A stretch of 40,623 bases of DNA from an uncultured bacterium (GCA_965651545.1 CBFGSY010000003.1:1-40623), one strand, 5' to 3'. Shown: positions 27,950 to 39,763, counted from the first letter of the stretch. Numbers and translations: made by a program. Notes: generated by a model not told the origin, from the letters alone.

Positions 27950-27959
27950 ATGGCAGCGG

Positions 27960-28004
27960 CTAAGCGAGCGAGCGGCTAAGCGAGCGAGCCCTAAGCGAGC
28001 GAGC
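27960..28004. repeat. Three copies of CTAAGCGAGCGAGC (the isocitrate lyase 3' end)
   Basis: Copies at 27960, 27976 and 27991; the third contains the aceA stop codon. Confidence 0.9.
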
Positions 28005-30291
28005 CCTGATCCCCGCGCGTGATGAGGCGCTCGCGCTCAGGGCTGTCGGCGCGGGCCAGGTCCCGGACCGCGGGGGCCGAGATCTCGGCCACGATGATCT
28101 CGCCGACCTCATCGTTCACGGCGTCGAAGATGCCGATGGCCAGCATCCGCTCGCATTGGCGTCGGTTGTCGTCGGTCGGGGTCAGGTAGTGGATCGCCGC
28201 AGCCCGATAACGGTGGATCAGGAAGAGGTGGAGGAGCGTCATCAGCCGCTTGCGCCGCAGCTTCCCGGCGAACGTGTTCTGATCGCGCACTGACAGGATC
28301 GTCCGGCCGCGGCGATCCTGGATGGTGGTGAATATGATGTTGGCGAGCCGCTCTCCATCGGCATCGGTCACCGCCAGCTCGAGCACTTCGGAACCGGCCG
28401 AGTGCGGGCGAAGCGTGACCTGCGGGCTGAAGGGCAGGTCGTTGTGCTCGGCCCATCGGGCCAGCCAGCCGGCGAGCACCTTGGGCGGCACCTCGGTCTG
28501 GACCAGGTGCTGCACCTGCGTCGACCCGGCTCCCATGGCCTTGGTCGTCGCGGTCAGACCCGATGCCGCCATCAGGGCAGCATCGGCCCTTGGTCCACCA
28601 ACCAGCGTCTGCGGCGTGCGGTACGGGGACTCGACCAACCGGAGCTTCCGCTGCAGGCGCGCCAGGGCAAGCATGCCGTCGTCGCGCAGCGCGGTCGTGA
28701 ACTCCTCCGCGGCCAGGCCGTCGATCTGGTGCCCGCCGTAGGTGATGAAGTTGAAGACGAAGCCCAGGCGGCCGAGCTCTTCGGGGAAGCCGCGCATCTC
28801 GTCGTCCGACATGCCGGTCGTATCCCAGTTGAACGACGGCGACAGGTTGTAGGCCAGCATCTTGTCGGGGTAGGTGGCGTGGATCGCCTCGGCGTACTCC
28901 CGCGCCTCCTCCAGGTCGGCGGTCTTGGTCTCCATCCACAGCAGGTCGGCGTATGGGGCAGCGGCCAGCGACTTGGCGATCGCATAGCCGATGCCTCCTC
29001 GCACCTGGTAGTAGCCCTCGGGCGACTTCGCCCGCTCCGCATCCCACCAGCCGCGCACCCCCATTCGCTCCGCGGCCGCCCGCACGCTTGACCAGGGAGC
29101 GGTGGCGCCGAACTCCCGCCACTCGTCCAGGCTCATCGACAGCGGCGATCCCTCATCGGAGCGGAAGGCCATGGTCTCGGCGACCGCCTCGGCCAGCGTC
29201 TTCAGGCCGGCCCCCGCCTCCCATGCCTCCAGGAACGCATCGGCGGCGGTATCCAGCGTCGCCTCGGGGTCGCCTTCCCTGTGCGCCCGGGCAGTCTCGC
29301 GGATGGTTGACAGCAGGCCGGTCTGCTCGAGCCACGCATCGGCGGCCTCCTCCTCCTCGGCCGGAACGGCGTACAGCAGATGCCCGTTGATCTCATCCAC
29401 GCCGGCGTCGTGCAGGGCCCGCATGACGGCGAGGAACGCTGACTTGTAGGAGGGGATGTCCGGGTTGGTGACGCCCATAATGAAGGGCTGATCGCGCTCG
29501 TCTCCGGCACCGTCGAGCAGGTTGGCCGCCTCGGCGTCGGTGCGCGCCACGATCACGCCCGGGACGCCCATCACGTCCAGCTGGAAGCGCGCGGCGTTGA
29601 GGCGCTTGATCTGCTCGTCGCTGGCAACCAGCACCTTGCCGCCCTGGTGCCCGCACTTCTTGGCGCCTGGCTTCTGGTCCTCGATGTGGTACCCGGCCAC
29701 GCCAGCCTCCACGAACCGCCTGATGAGGTTGCGGACGTGGGCATCGCCGCCGTGCCCGGTATCCGCATCGGCGATGATCAATGGCCGGAAGTCAACCTCC
29801 GGGGACGAGCGGCGCTCCGCATCGGACATGCGCGAACGCGCGAAGCGCTGGTTGCGGTCCGCCGTCAGCAGCGCGCGGACGATGCCGGCCGCCTCATCCG
29901 GAACCTGGGAGAGCGGATAGCTGGCGAGGTCCGGTCCCGGGTCCTCGGTGGCCGATCCCTTCGCCGATGTCGCCCAGCCGCCCAGGTAGATGGCCTCCAC
30001 CCCGCCGCGCACCATGGCCACTGCCTGGCCGGGGGAGTACGGGCCGAAGGTGGTGATGGATCGACGCTCGGCGAACAGCTCGCGCAGCCGCCGATGGAGT
30101 CGCGCGGCGGCCTCCCGCGCGATCGGATAGTCGCTCGTGATGGAGCCGCGCTGCTCCACGACCTGGCGCGGGCCGTACAGCCGGACCAGGCCGTCGAATC
30201 GCGGCCCGGTCATCCAGGCCCGGGTCGTCTCCAGGTCGGGGAAGGCGTCGCTGGCCTCAGCCGCGGCGCCTGGCGTCTTGGTCAGGGACAT
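27991..30291 (-). CDS. aceA: Isocitrate lyase, long ICL2 type (766 aa) with C-terminal extra domain
   Basis: [35 protein letters not shown] (KKCGH catalytic loop), [17 protein letters not shown]; C-terminal extension [10 protein letters not shown]...RKRLMTL...HYLTPTDDN. Confidence 0.95.
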   Translation of the reverse strand: MSLTKTPGAAAEASDAFPDLETTRAWMTGPRFDGLVRLYGPRQVVEQRGSITSDYPIAREAAARLHRRLRELFAERRSITTFGPYSPGQAVAMVRGGVEAIYLGGWATSAKGSATEDPGPDLASYPLSQVPDEAAGIVRALLTADRNQRFARSRMSDAERRSSPEVDFRPLIIADADTGHGGDAHVRNLIRRFVEAGVAGYHIEDQKPGAKKCGHQGGKVLVASDEQIKRLNAARFQLDVMGVPGVIVARTDAEAANLLDGAGDERDQPFIMGVTNPDIPSYKSAFLAVMRALHDAGVDEINGHLLYAVPAEEEEAADAWLEQTGLLSTIRETARAHREGDPEATLDTAADAFLEAWEAGAGLKTLAEAVAETMAFRSDEGSPLSMSLDEWREFGATAPWSSVRAAAERMGVRGWWDAERAKSPEGYYQVRGGIGYAIAKSLAAAPYADLLWMETKTADLEEAREYAEAIHATYPDKMLAYNLSPSFNWDTTGMSDDEMRGFPEELGRLGFVFNFITYGGHQIDGLAAEEFTTALRDDGMLALARLQRKLRLVESPYRTPQTLVGGPRADAALMAASGLTATTKAMGAGSTQVQHLVQTEVPPKVLAGWLARWAEHNDLPFSPQVTLRPHSAGSEVLELAVTDADGERLANIIFTTIQDRRGRTILSVRDQNTFAGKLRRKRLMTLLHLFLIHRYRAAAIHYLTPTDDNRRQCERMLAIGIFDAVNDEVGEIIVAEISAPAVRDLARADSPERERLITRGDQGSLA

Positions 30292-30304
30292 ACCGCGATT
30301 GAGA

Positions 30305-30496
30305 CTACTCGTTCTGATGGTCGCGGTCGCAGAGGTCCGGGCAGGTGCACTCGGCGAGCTCGGCGACGCTGAGCACGGTGACGGCGCGTAGCCGCTTGGG
30401 GCGCCAGCTGAGCCAGGCGTTGGCCTGGCCGGTCGCGAGCTGGTTGTGTCGCTCGCCGCGCGAAGAGTGCGGCTGCGTGATGGTGTCTTGCAGCAT
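30305..30496 (-). CDS. Small leaderless protein (63 aa) with C-terminal CxCPxxCxRDH motif
   Basis: MLQDTIT...[15 protein letters not shown] fills the gap upstream of aceA. An extended -10-like TGcCACGTT lies 7 nt before the ATG. Confidence 0.7.
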   Translation of the reverse strand: MLQDTITQPHSSRGERHNQLATGQANAWLSWRPKRLRAVTVLSVAELAECTCPDLCDRDHQNE

Positions 30497-30523
30497 ATGG
30501 AACAACGTGGCACATTTGGGGCC

Positions 30524-30569
30524 ATAAGACAAGACGATTCTTCGGATGGATGGTATAAGCATGACTGAT
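30524..30569. promoter_or_regulatory. Two LysR-type T-N11-A boxes
   Basis: ATAAGACAAGACGAT (30524-30538) and ATAAGCATGACTGAT (30555-30569), centred at -35 and -66 relative to ATG 30496. Confidence 0.7.
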
Positions 30570-31493
30570 GGACCGATTGACCTCGGTCGCGTCGAGGCCT
30601 TCGTCGCCGTGGCGCGCACCGGGTCCATCTCCCGCGCGGCGGAATCCCTGTTCGTCACGCAGCCGGCGGTCACGGCCAGGCTGCAGGCGCTGGAGCAGTC
30701 GGTCGGGATCGATCTGCTGGTCCGCAGCCGGCACGGCAGCCGCCTCACCGAGGCTGGGCGCGCCCTGCTGCCGCACGCCGAGCGGGCGCTGACGGCCCTG
30801 CGCCATGGGCGTGCCGCCGTCGAAGAGGTGCGCAGCGGAGGCGGGGGGCGCCTCACCATCGGTGCCGCCCCGGCGGTAAGCACCTACGTGCTGCCGGCCA
30901 TGCTGCATCGGTTCCAGGCGAAGCATCCACGGGTGCGACTGGTGGTGCGCTCTGGACACTCGGAGGAGATCCTGGAGATGGTGCTGCGCGAGGAAGTCGA
31001 GATCGGGCTCATGCGGCCGATCCAGCACCCCGAGGTGAGCGCCACGCTCCTCTACGAGGACGAGCTGGTGCTGGTGGTGCACCGCGGCCACCGGTTCGCG
31101 GCGGCTGGCCACGTCCGGATGGGCGAGCTGGCGAGTGAGCACCTGATCCTGTTCGACCGGACCAGCAGCTACCACGAGCTCACCAGCGCCATCGTGCGCC
31201 AGGCGGGCATCTCCCCACGGGGGCAGCTGGAGGTCGACAACATCGACGCGGCCAAGCGGATGGTCGAGCAGCGGCTTGGGATCGCGCTGCTCCCGCGCAC
31301 CTCGGTCCAGGCCGAGATCGGCGCCGGGCGGCTGGTGCCGGTCAGCGTGACCGACATGGCGCCGGTGAGCCGGCAGATCGTGGTCGCTCGCCGCCGGGAT
31401 GCCGGGGCGCTCACCCCGGTGCTGGAGGCGTTCCTGGCGACGCTCGACACGCTTCGGCCAGATGCCGAGCGCTCGCACCGGTTCCTGGCGTAA
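30561..31493 (+). CDS. LysR-family transcriptional regulator
   Basis: [37 protein letters not shown], then a substrate-binding domain. Divergent from the aceA operon. Confidence 0.95.
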   Translation: MTDGPIDLGRVEAFVAVARTGSISRAAESLFVTQPAVTARLQALEQSVGIDLLVRSRHGSRLTEAGRALLPHAERALTALRHGRAAVEEVRSGGGGRLTIGAAPAVSTYVLPAMLHRFQAKHPRVRLVVRSGHSEEILEMVLREEVEIGLMRPIQHPEVSATLLYEDELVLVVHRGHRFAAAGHVRMGELASEHLILFDRTSSYHELTSAIVRQAGISPRGQLEVDNIDAAKRMVEQRLGIALLPRTSVQAEIGAGRLVPVSVTDMAPVSRQIVVARRRDAGALTPVLEAFLATLDTLRPDAERSHRFLA

Positions 31494-31495
31494 CA

Positions 31496-31678
31496 CCGAA
31501 AACCGGCGCTGGTTGTCGCGGATTCTCACCCCACGTAACCAATGACGAGGAAATGACCTCCTAGCAGCCAAAGCGGGCGTTTTCCTGGTGCAGATTCTCG
31601 TCCGATGAGAAACGGCGACGACTGGGAGCCTCATCTTGTTCGTTCGTCTCTTCCAGTGAGAATTCGCGCCGGTTTCGG
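31496..31678. repeat. Intergenic element with terminal inverted repeats and internal TTCTC-N7-GAGAA palindromes
   Basis: CCGAAAACCGGCGC / GCGCCGGTTTCGG ends, GCGGATTCTCAC / GTGAGAATTCGC inner arms, palindromes at 31595 and 31646. Confidence 0.65.
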
Positions 31679-31686
31679 CCGCTTCC

Positions 31687-32283
31687 TCAGCGGCGCCGGC
31701 GCACCGCCTTGCGGACGATCGTACGGCGCCCCGCCTTGCGCACGGTGTCGTAGCCGGCCGAGCTGAACATCGGCAGGTAGCCGGTATAGGCATCGATGTT
31801 GACCTGCCTTGGGCCGACCGGATAGCCCTCCACGATCGTGGCGCCGTGCGCCGCGGCATGGCGTTCGGCCGCGGCCAGCAGCGCGCGCCCTACTCCGGCC
31901 CGCTTGGCGCGCGGATCCACGTAGAAGCAGACCACCGACCAGACCGGCTTGTCGTCCGGCCGGCGCAGCTTGACGGAGCTCTCGAGCCGGGTGAAGGTCT
32001 CCCGTGGACCGATGCGAACCCACCCCACCGGCTCGCCATCGATGTATGCGAGCAGGCCAGGGACCGCGCCGCTGCGCACCTCCTTCCGAAGCCGAACTCG
32101 CCCTGGTGCTCCCCAGGCCTCGCTGGATTCCTTGCCCCGGAGCAGCCAGAACTGACACCAGCACCCGTTCGGGATCGGCTTCCCGCCCCGCGGTCCGCGG
32201 CGGGTGAAGAGGTCGGCCAGGTCGGACCATCGGTCCGGCGTGGCCGGGAGGACCTCGACCGTTGGCTTGTTGTGCGCGGGCAT
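31687..32283 (-). CDS. GNAT-family acetyltransferase
   Basis: CWCQFW, GLLAYIDGEPVGW, VWSVVCFYV, KRAGVGRALL (motif A), VEGYP, MFSSAGY. Confidence 0.9.
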   Translation of the reverse strand: MPAHNKPTVEVLPATPDRWSDLADLFTRRGPRGGKPIPNGCWCQFWLLRGKESSEAWGAPGRVRLRKEVRSGAVPGLLAYIDGEPVGWVRIGPRETFTRLESSVKLRRPDDKPVWSVVCFYVDPRAKRAGVGRALLAAAERHAAAHGATIVEGYPVGPRQVNIDAYTGYLPMFSSAGYDTVRKAGRRTIVRKAVRRRR

Positions 32284-32376
32284 CGGTCCGATGAGTCTAC
32301 GGTCGCCGTCCGGACGCGGCGGCCGTGGCATGCGTGACCCCTTCCCGGCGAGCGGTGCCAACCCCTACGATGTGCC

Positions 32377-32792
32377 GTGATGGACGCGAAGCGCGCCGCC
32401 GAGATCCCGCTGCTCGCCGCCCTGGACCGCCGCGGCCTGGAGCAGGTCCTGCGCACCGCTCGTGAGCAGACCTTCTCCCCGGGTGAGCCGGTGGTCAATG
32501 AGGGCGATCCCGCGACCCGGCTGTTCATCATCGTCGACGGCACCGCGACGGTCGAGCAGGCGAGCATGGGTACCGTTGGGACGCTGGGACCGGGTGAGTT
32601 CTTCGGGGAGCTTGCGCTGATCGAGGAGCACGGTCGCTCAGCCACGGTTCGCGCGGAAACAGACCTCACCTGCCTCATCATCCCGGCCTGGGAGTTCCGC
32701 GCTTCGCTGGACGAGCACCCGGCCATGGCAATCCCGATGCTCACCACCATCATCGCCCGCCTCCACCGCCGCGAGCACCACGAGGATCGGGG

Positions 32793-32796
<4 letters not shown>
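32377..32796 (+). CDS. Stand-alone cyclic-nucleotide-binding domain protein
   Basis: VVNEGDPATRLFIIVDG, GEFFGELALI, RSATVRA phosphate-binding cassette; no HTH. Its stop overlaps the acs GTG. Confidence 0.9.
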
Positions 32797-34799
<2,003 letters not shown>

Positions 34800-34916
34800 C
34801 GCTTCCCCACGCTCGCGCCCTGGCCCTTACTCGGCGGTTATCAGGGACCGAGCCCGTGCCAATCGTCGAAGCTCGGAAGCGGACGATGTCAGACAAGGAT
34901 GGCCTGGTGCTGGTGC

Positions 34917-34931
34917 ATCGGTCCGACCGAT
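34917..34931. promoter_or_regulatory. Perfect palindrome abutting the -10 box, putative autoregulatory operator
   Basis: ATCGGTC-C-GACCGAT directly before TAGAAT (34931-34936). Confidence 0.5.
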
Positions 34932-34943
34932 AGAATCGGCCCC

Positions 34944-35696
34944 ATGGCAGAGGCCCAGACGGGACCGCAGCCGACTGACGCAGCAGCCGATTACTTGATG
35001 ACCATTCGTTACATGCAGGGCGAAGGGCATCCGGTGATCGCAGCGCGGCTTGCGGAGCGGCTGGGGGTGAGCCCCGCGACGGTGTCCGAGATGGTCACGC
35101 GGCTGACCCGCGAGGGCCTGCTCACCGTGGACGACGCCTCACGCCGGCTGGAGCTGACGGACGCCGGCAGGGCCACGGCCGAGCGGACCTTCCGGCGCCA
35201 CGCCCTGGCCGAATGGCTGCTGACCGAGGTGGTAGGACTGGGCTGGGCGGAGGCCGATGAGGAGGCGCACCACCTACAGCACGCGCTGAGCGAACGAGTG
35301 ACCGATCGCATCGATGAGCTGCTCGGCATCCCTCCCACCTGCCCGCACGGCAACCCAATCCCGCGCGATGGACGGACCGCGGAGCGCCCAGCGGGGATGC
35401 CGCTCAGCGAGGCAGCGAGCGGCGATGAGGTGACGATCCTGCGCGTGACCGAGGAGGCGGAGGAGGACGCGCGGCTGCTGACCTTCCTGCAGGACCACGA
35501 CGTGCGACCCGGCAGCGTGCTGGTCGTCCGCGAGGTGGCCGACCATCTCGGCACCATGACCCTGCGCGGCTCGGCGGGTGAGGTGACGCTCGGCCTGACG
35601 GCCGCTGCCAAACTGCGGGCGCTTCCGGGCCGGGCCGATCCGGGCCTCTTCCATCGAGTGCCTGAGCGCGCGCGCCTGGCCGCCGCTCGCGCCTGA
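34944..35696 (+). CDS. DtxR/IdeR/MntR-family metal-dependent repressor with C-terminal FeoA-like domain
   Basis: DYLMTI, LAERLGVSPATVSEMV, RRHALAE, EAHHLQHALS, PPTCPHGNPIP. Leaderless start (TAGAAT + 7 nt). Confidence 0.93.
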   Translation: MAEAQTGPQPTDAAADYLMTIRYMQGEGHPVIAARLAERLGVSPATVSEMVTRLTREGLLTVDDASRRLELTDAGRATAERTFRRHALAEWLLTEVVGLGWAEADEEAHHLQHALSERVTDRIDELLGIPPTCPHGNPIPRDGRTAERPAGMPLSEAASGDEVTILRVTEEAEEDARLLTFLQDHDVRPGSVLVVREVADHLGTMTLRGSAGEVTLGLTAAAKLRALPGRADPGLFHRVPERARLAAARA

Positions 35697-35742
35697 AGCG
35701 CACGAGCGCCCGAGGGCCGGCCACTTTGCTACGATCGCGCGC

Positions 35743-35946
35743 GTGACCCGCAACCGCAACCGGCGGATCATCATCGCCTCGATCGGCACCGTGCTGTGGC
35801 TCGGCTACATGGTCGTGGGCCTGGCTCTGATCGACTACTTCGCGCCCACCGTCCGTGGCGCCGGCCCGGAGGGGCTGGCCGCCTTCGTGGGCCTCATCTG
35901 GGGCGTGGTGGTCTGCGGCCTCATCATGTGGGCCGCCTCCGACTGA
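35743..35946 (+). CDS. Small two-TM membrane protein
   Basis: 67 aa with two hydrophobic helices. TGcTACGAT lies 7 nt before the GTG. Confidence 0.75.
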   Translation: MTRNRNRRIIIASIGTVLWLGYMVVGLALIDYFAPTVRGAGPEGLAAFVGLIWGVVVCGLIMWAASD

Positions 35947-35991
35947 GGCGACCGCAGTCGCCGGCCGCCGGGGCCGCCTCCGACTGATCGC

Positions 35992-36873
35992 CTATTCGTC
36001 GATCGAGTAGTGGGTCGCCGTCCGCGGCCGCTCCCGATCGACAGCCGGTTGCAGCAGGCGCTCATAGAGGCCCGGTCGCCGGTCGGCGATGGTGTCCCAC
36101 TCGTGCTCGCCCGGCCGCCGAGTGACGTGGGTGGCGCGCGCCAGCTGCGGGTCGATGTCCGCCACGAGGGTCTCCTCATCGGTGTCGGAGGCAACCGCCA
36201 GGCGCTGCCCGTCCGGGTCGAATAGGACGGATCGGCCAAGGAAGGTCGTCCCGCGCTCCGTCCCCACCCGATCGCATGCCAGGACGTAGCAGTGATTCTC
36301 CGCCGCCCGCGCCGGCGCGAAGAGGTCCGGGTGGAACGGCACGCCCTCCGGCCAGTTGGTGGGCAGCGCGATCACGTCGGCGCCCTCCAGCGCGCATATG
36401 CGGGCCGCCTCCGGGAAGCGCAGGTCGTAGCAGATGAGTACGCCGAAGCGGAGGCCATCGGCCTCGATCACCGGTGGCGCGTCGGGTCCGGGCGTCGCGA
36501 AGCGGTCGATCCCCAGGAACGGGAGATGCATCTTCCGGTATCGGTAGCGCTGCCCATCGGCCAGCAGCACCAGCGCGACGTTGAAGACCTCCTCACCGGC
36601 GGCTTCCAGGCTGCCGCAGATGATGGTGGCCCGATGCGTTGCGGCCAGCCCGGCAAGCATCGTCTCGGCCGATGATTCCGCGCGGCGGGCCACGGGGAGC
36701 GCTTCTGCCAGGGACGCGAAGGCGTAGCCGGTCACCGCCGCCTCGGGCAGGACGATGAAGGTTGCGCCCTGCGCGGCCGCCTCGGTCACGGCGTTCGAGA
36801 TCCGCTCCAGGTTGGCGTCCACCTCCCCGAGTTGCGGATCGATCTGGCAGGCGGCTACGCGGAGGCTGCTCAT
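35992..36873 (-). CDS. Carbon-nitrogen hydrolase (nitrilase superfamily)
   Basis: E-K-C triad: VLPEAA, YRKMHL, ICYDLRFPE; also ARAAEN and DRRPGLY. Confidence 0.93.
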   Translation of the reverse strand: MSSLRVAACQIDPQLGEVDANLERISNAVTEAAAQGATFIVLPEAAVTGYAFASLAEALPVARRAESSAETMLAGLAATHRATIICGSLEAAGEEVFNVALVLLADGQRYRYRKMHLPFLGIDRFATPGPDAPPVIEADGLRFGVLICYDLRFPEAARICALEGADVIALPTNWPEGVPFHPDLFAPARAAENHCYVLACDRVGTERGTTFLGRSVLFDPDGQRLAVASDTDEETLVADIDPQLARATHVTRRPGEHEWDTIADRRPGLYERLLQPAVDRERPRTATHYSIDE

Positions 36874-36942
36874 GTGCGGATCTTACCGGTGCCCGGCGGC
36901 TATCATGCCGCCGATGAGCCGCGCTGCCTGCGGGGAGGCCGG

Positions 36943-38508
36943 GTGAGCGACCCCCGCCCGCCGGATGACGGCCCCAGCTGGCCCGAGCACGATCTCGATG
37001 AGCCGCGTCCCGAGGAGCCGGCCAGGGGCTGGTCCGACGACCCCGACGACATCGACAACCCGTATCGGTATCAGCCGCCGCCGCCGTTCCATCCGTCCCG
37101 CTACCCAGCGGAGCACCCGTTCGCCGACGAGGATCCGTTCCCGGACGATTTCGCAACGCGAGAGTGGCGGCCGGACGAGGCGCCGGCTCAGGCCGAGCAA
37201 GAGCCGCCCCGCGAGGCGTTCGATCGGCCAATCGAGGCGCAGGAGGCAGCGCCTCCGGAATCGGAGCCGGAAATGGAGCCCGCGCCCGCGACCGAGATGG
37301 GCGAGCCGGTCACGGCCTTCGACCCGGCGGCCAACGCCTGGAACCCGAAGCGCGACGGCGATCGGCGGCGTCCGACCACCGCCGAGCAGGCAGTCCCGTG
37401 GCTCATTGGCCTGATCCTGGCGCTGGCCGGCATCGTCATCGTGCTGCTAGCGCTGATCTTCACCTCCCCCAATGGCCTGGTCGCGGTCGAGGCAACTGCG
37501 ACGCCGTCGGCATCGGCCTCGGCAGCACCCGGCGACCCGTCGAGTGGGCCCAGCGCCGCGGCCGGGGCGAGCCGGAGCGCGCGTGCATCGGCATCGGCAG
37601 AGCCAAGTCAGGGACCTGCGCCGACGTCGACTCCCGTCCCCAGCTTCGGGCCGCTGGAGATGGTGTACCTGGGCCGTCAATCAGGGGTCGCGCCGATCTT
37701 CCTCCTGAGACGCGACTTCTCCAAGCAGAGAGACGCCCAGGTGATGGCCCAGTCCGAGCAGGGCATCGAGAAGTTCGCATGGTCGCCGGATGGCAGTGTG
37801 GGCGCGGCCATCACGTCCGGCCGGGCGGTGGCCCTCACCCCGCAGCAGGAGCCTCGCAGGCTGGCGGACAACATCAGGGCGCTGACCTTCGGCTGGGATG
37901 CGCAGACCGTGTACGCGGTGCGCATCACCCGCGACGGGGCCGATGACCGCGCCCAGGTCCTGCAGATCGACTTCGTCGGCGGTGCCGTCAAGACGCTGGC
38001 GACAGTCCGCTATCCGCACCCCGTCACCGGGGCGGAAACGCCGCTGCGTGAAGCGCAGTTCATCGACGACGGTGGGATGGTCCGCATCTACGCGGTGGCC
38101 GATGGAAACCTGGCGCTCTGGATCCTGGGCGCGCCATCCGTCTATCGCATCGATGCCGGGAACGGCGACGTGAGCGAGATCCGCCGGCAGCCGATCCTGT
38201 GGTCGCCCGACGGCGCGTATCGCGTCACGCTCGAGGAGCAGGGCGGCACCACCGACCTGCGGCTGCTCGACCGGAGCAACGACGTGGTCGCCGCGGTCAG
38301 CGTGAACGGCCTGGTCAGCCACGTGCGCTGGGCCGGGACCAGCAACGAGATCGTGTTCACGCTCGGCGTGCTCAGTGCCGCCGGTGGCGTGCGCCAGGAC
38401 CTCTACGTCTGGGACCTGAAGGAGCGCAACGACCCGTTGCCGCTCACCAGCGATGGCGTCTCATTCGGCGCCGAGTGGCGTGGCGTGATGTCGAACTGGG
38501 GACCGTGA
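36943..38508 (+). CDS. Bitopic membrane protein: acidic Pro-rich cytoplasmic region, TM, Ser/Ala linker, beta-propeller-like outer domain
   Basis: GGAGG precedes GTG 36943. TM VPWLIGLILALAGIVIVLLALIF; repeated WSPDG-type motifs (TolB/WD40-like). Confidence 0.75.
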   Translation: MSDPRPPDDGPSWPEHDLDEPRPEEPARGWSDDPDDIDNPYRYQPPPPFHPSRYPAEHPFADEDPFPDDFATREWRPDEAPAQAEQEPPREAFDRPIEAQEAAPPESEPEMEPAPATEMGEPVTAFDPAANAWNPKRDGDRRRPTTAEQAVPWLIGLILALAGIVIVLLALIFTSPNGLVAVEATATPSASASAAPGDPSSGPSAAAGASRSARASASAEPSQGPAPTSTPVPSFGPLEMVYLGRQSGVAPIFLLRRDFSKQRDAQVMAQSEQGIEKFAWSPDGSVGAAITSGRAVALTPQQEPRRLADNIRALTFGWDAQTVYAVRITRDGADDRAQVLQIDFVGGAVKTLATVRYPHPVTGAETPLREAQFIDDGGMVRIYAVADGNLALWILGAPSVYRIDAGNGDVSEIRRQPILWSPDGAYRVTLEEQGGTTDLRLLDRSNDVVAAVSVNGLVSHVRWAGTSNEIVFTLGVLSAAGGVRQDLYVWDLKERNDPLPLTSDGVSFGAEWRGVMSNWGP

Positions 38509-38861
38509 TGCAGGAGATCGTCAACCCCATTGCCGTCGAGCTGGACGAGACGGCACGCGTCATGCGCATCCGCTGGGACGATGGCCACCTTGGCGAATGG
38601 GGCTGGCTCACCCTGCGTCGGGCATGCCCCTGCGCGCTGTGCGCCGGGGAGGGGAACCTGCCCGGCGTCGTGACCCTGGAGACCATCTTCACGCCGCAGC
38701 AGACGACGATGGAGCGCGTGAAGTGGATCGGCCGCTATGCGCTGGCGCCGATCTGGGCCGATGGCCATGACACCGGCCTCTTCACCTACCTGAAGCTGCG
38801 CGAGCTCTGCCAGTGCGAGGAGCACCGCGCGGCCGCTGAGCGTGGAGCGGCCGAGCGATGA
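38508..38861 (+). CDS. DUF971 / GBBH N-terminal-like Zn-binding protein
   Basis: IRWDDGH, LRRACPCALC, GRYAL..WADGHDTGLFTY..LREL. TGATG overlap with the upstream gene. Confidence 0.88.
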   Translation: MQEIVNPIAVELDETARVMRIRWDDGHLGEWGWLTLRRACPCALCAGEGNLPGVVTLETIFTPQQTTMERVKWIGRYALAPIWADGHDTGLFTYLKLRELCQCEEHRAAAERGAAER

Positions 38862-39760
38862 ACGGCCTGCTGCTGGTCCATGCCCATCCGGACGACGAGT
38901 GCGTCTCGACCGGCGGCCTGATCGCGCGCTCGATCGCCGAGGGGCATCGGGTCGACCTGGTGACCTGCACCGGCGGCGAGGAGGGCGAGATCCACGACCC
39001 CACCCTCGACCCGGCGGACGCCCAGCCGCGCCTCAGCGACATCCGCTCGCGCGAGCTGGCCTGCTCGCTCGACGCGCTCCGCGGCGACGGGCCCGGGACG
39101 CTGGAGCTGCACATGCTCGGTTACCGCGACTCCGGGATGATGGGCACCGAGTCGAACCAGCGGCCGGAGGCCTTCTGGAACGCGGACATGGACGAGGCCG
39201 CGGGCAAGCTGGTGGAGATCGTCCGCCGAACACGCCCGACGGTGATGATCAGCTACGACGAGAACGGCAACTACGGCCACCCGGACCACATCAACGCCTA
39301 CCGCATCGCCACTGCTGCCTGGGGAGCGGCCGCCGACGGCAGCCGCTTCCCGCAAGCCGGTGAGCCGCACGCGGTCGCCAAGCTGTACCAGACCGTCTTC
39401 AGTCGCGAGCGCTGGACCGAGCTGCGCGAGAAGATGCAGGAGCGGAGTATCCCGTTCCCCTGGGAGGGCTCGGACGCTGAACCCGAGGCAACCGCCGACG
39501 ACCAGGAGGGCCAGGAGCGGGAGTGGGGCGTGCCCGAGGGCCGGATCACGACCAGCGTCGACGTCCTCGCCTGGAAGCAGCAGAAGCTGGCCAGCATGGA
39601 CTGCCACAAGACCCAGCGCCAGGACATGGGCTGGCTGCTGGACCTGCCGCCGGACCTGCAGGAGATGGCCCTCTCACCGGAGACCTTCTTGCTGACTGGC
39701 TGGCGGGACCGGGAGGTCCCGGGCGATCACCGGGAGACATCGGTCTGGGAAGGGATGTAG
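38858..39760 (+). CDS. PIG-L family deacetylase/amidase (MshB/Mca-like)
   Basis: VHAHPDDE, VTCTGGEEGE, LGYRDSGM, YDENGNYGHPDH, HKTQ. Confidence 0.9.
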   Translation: MNGLLLVHAHPDDECVSTGGLIARSIAEGHRVDLVTCTGGEEGEIHDPTLDPADAQPRLSDIRSRELACSLDALRGDGPGTLELHMLGYRDSGMMGTESNQRPEAFWNADMDEAAGKLVEIVRRTRPTVMISYDENGNYGHPDHINAYRIATAAWGAAADGSRFPQAGEPHAVAKLYQTVFSRERWTELREKMQERSIPFPWEGSDAEPEATADDQEGQEREWGVPEGRITTSVDVLAWKQQKLASMDCHKTQRQDMGWLLDLPPDLQEMALSPETFLLTGWRDREVPGDHRETSVWEGM

Positions 39761-39763
39761 CAC

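Noticed and set aside
30292-30525. 78-aa N-terminal extension of isocitrate lyase (844-aa ORF)
   Set aside because: Low-complexity translation. The interval is better explained by the 63-aa ORF in another frame with its own promoter and LysR boxes.
38858-39760. Assigning the symbol mshB or mca
   Set aside because: The motifs support the PIG-L family only, and no other mycothiol genes are in the window to fix the substrate.
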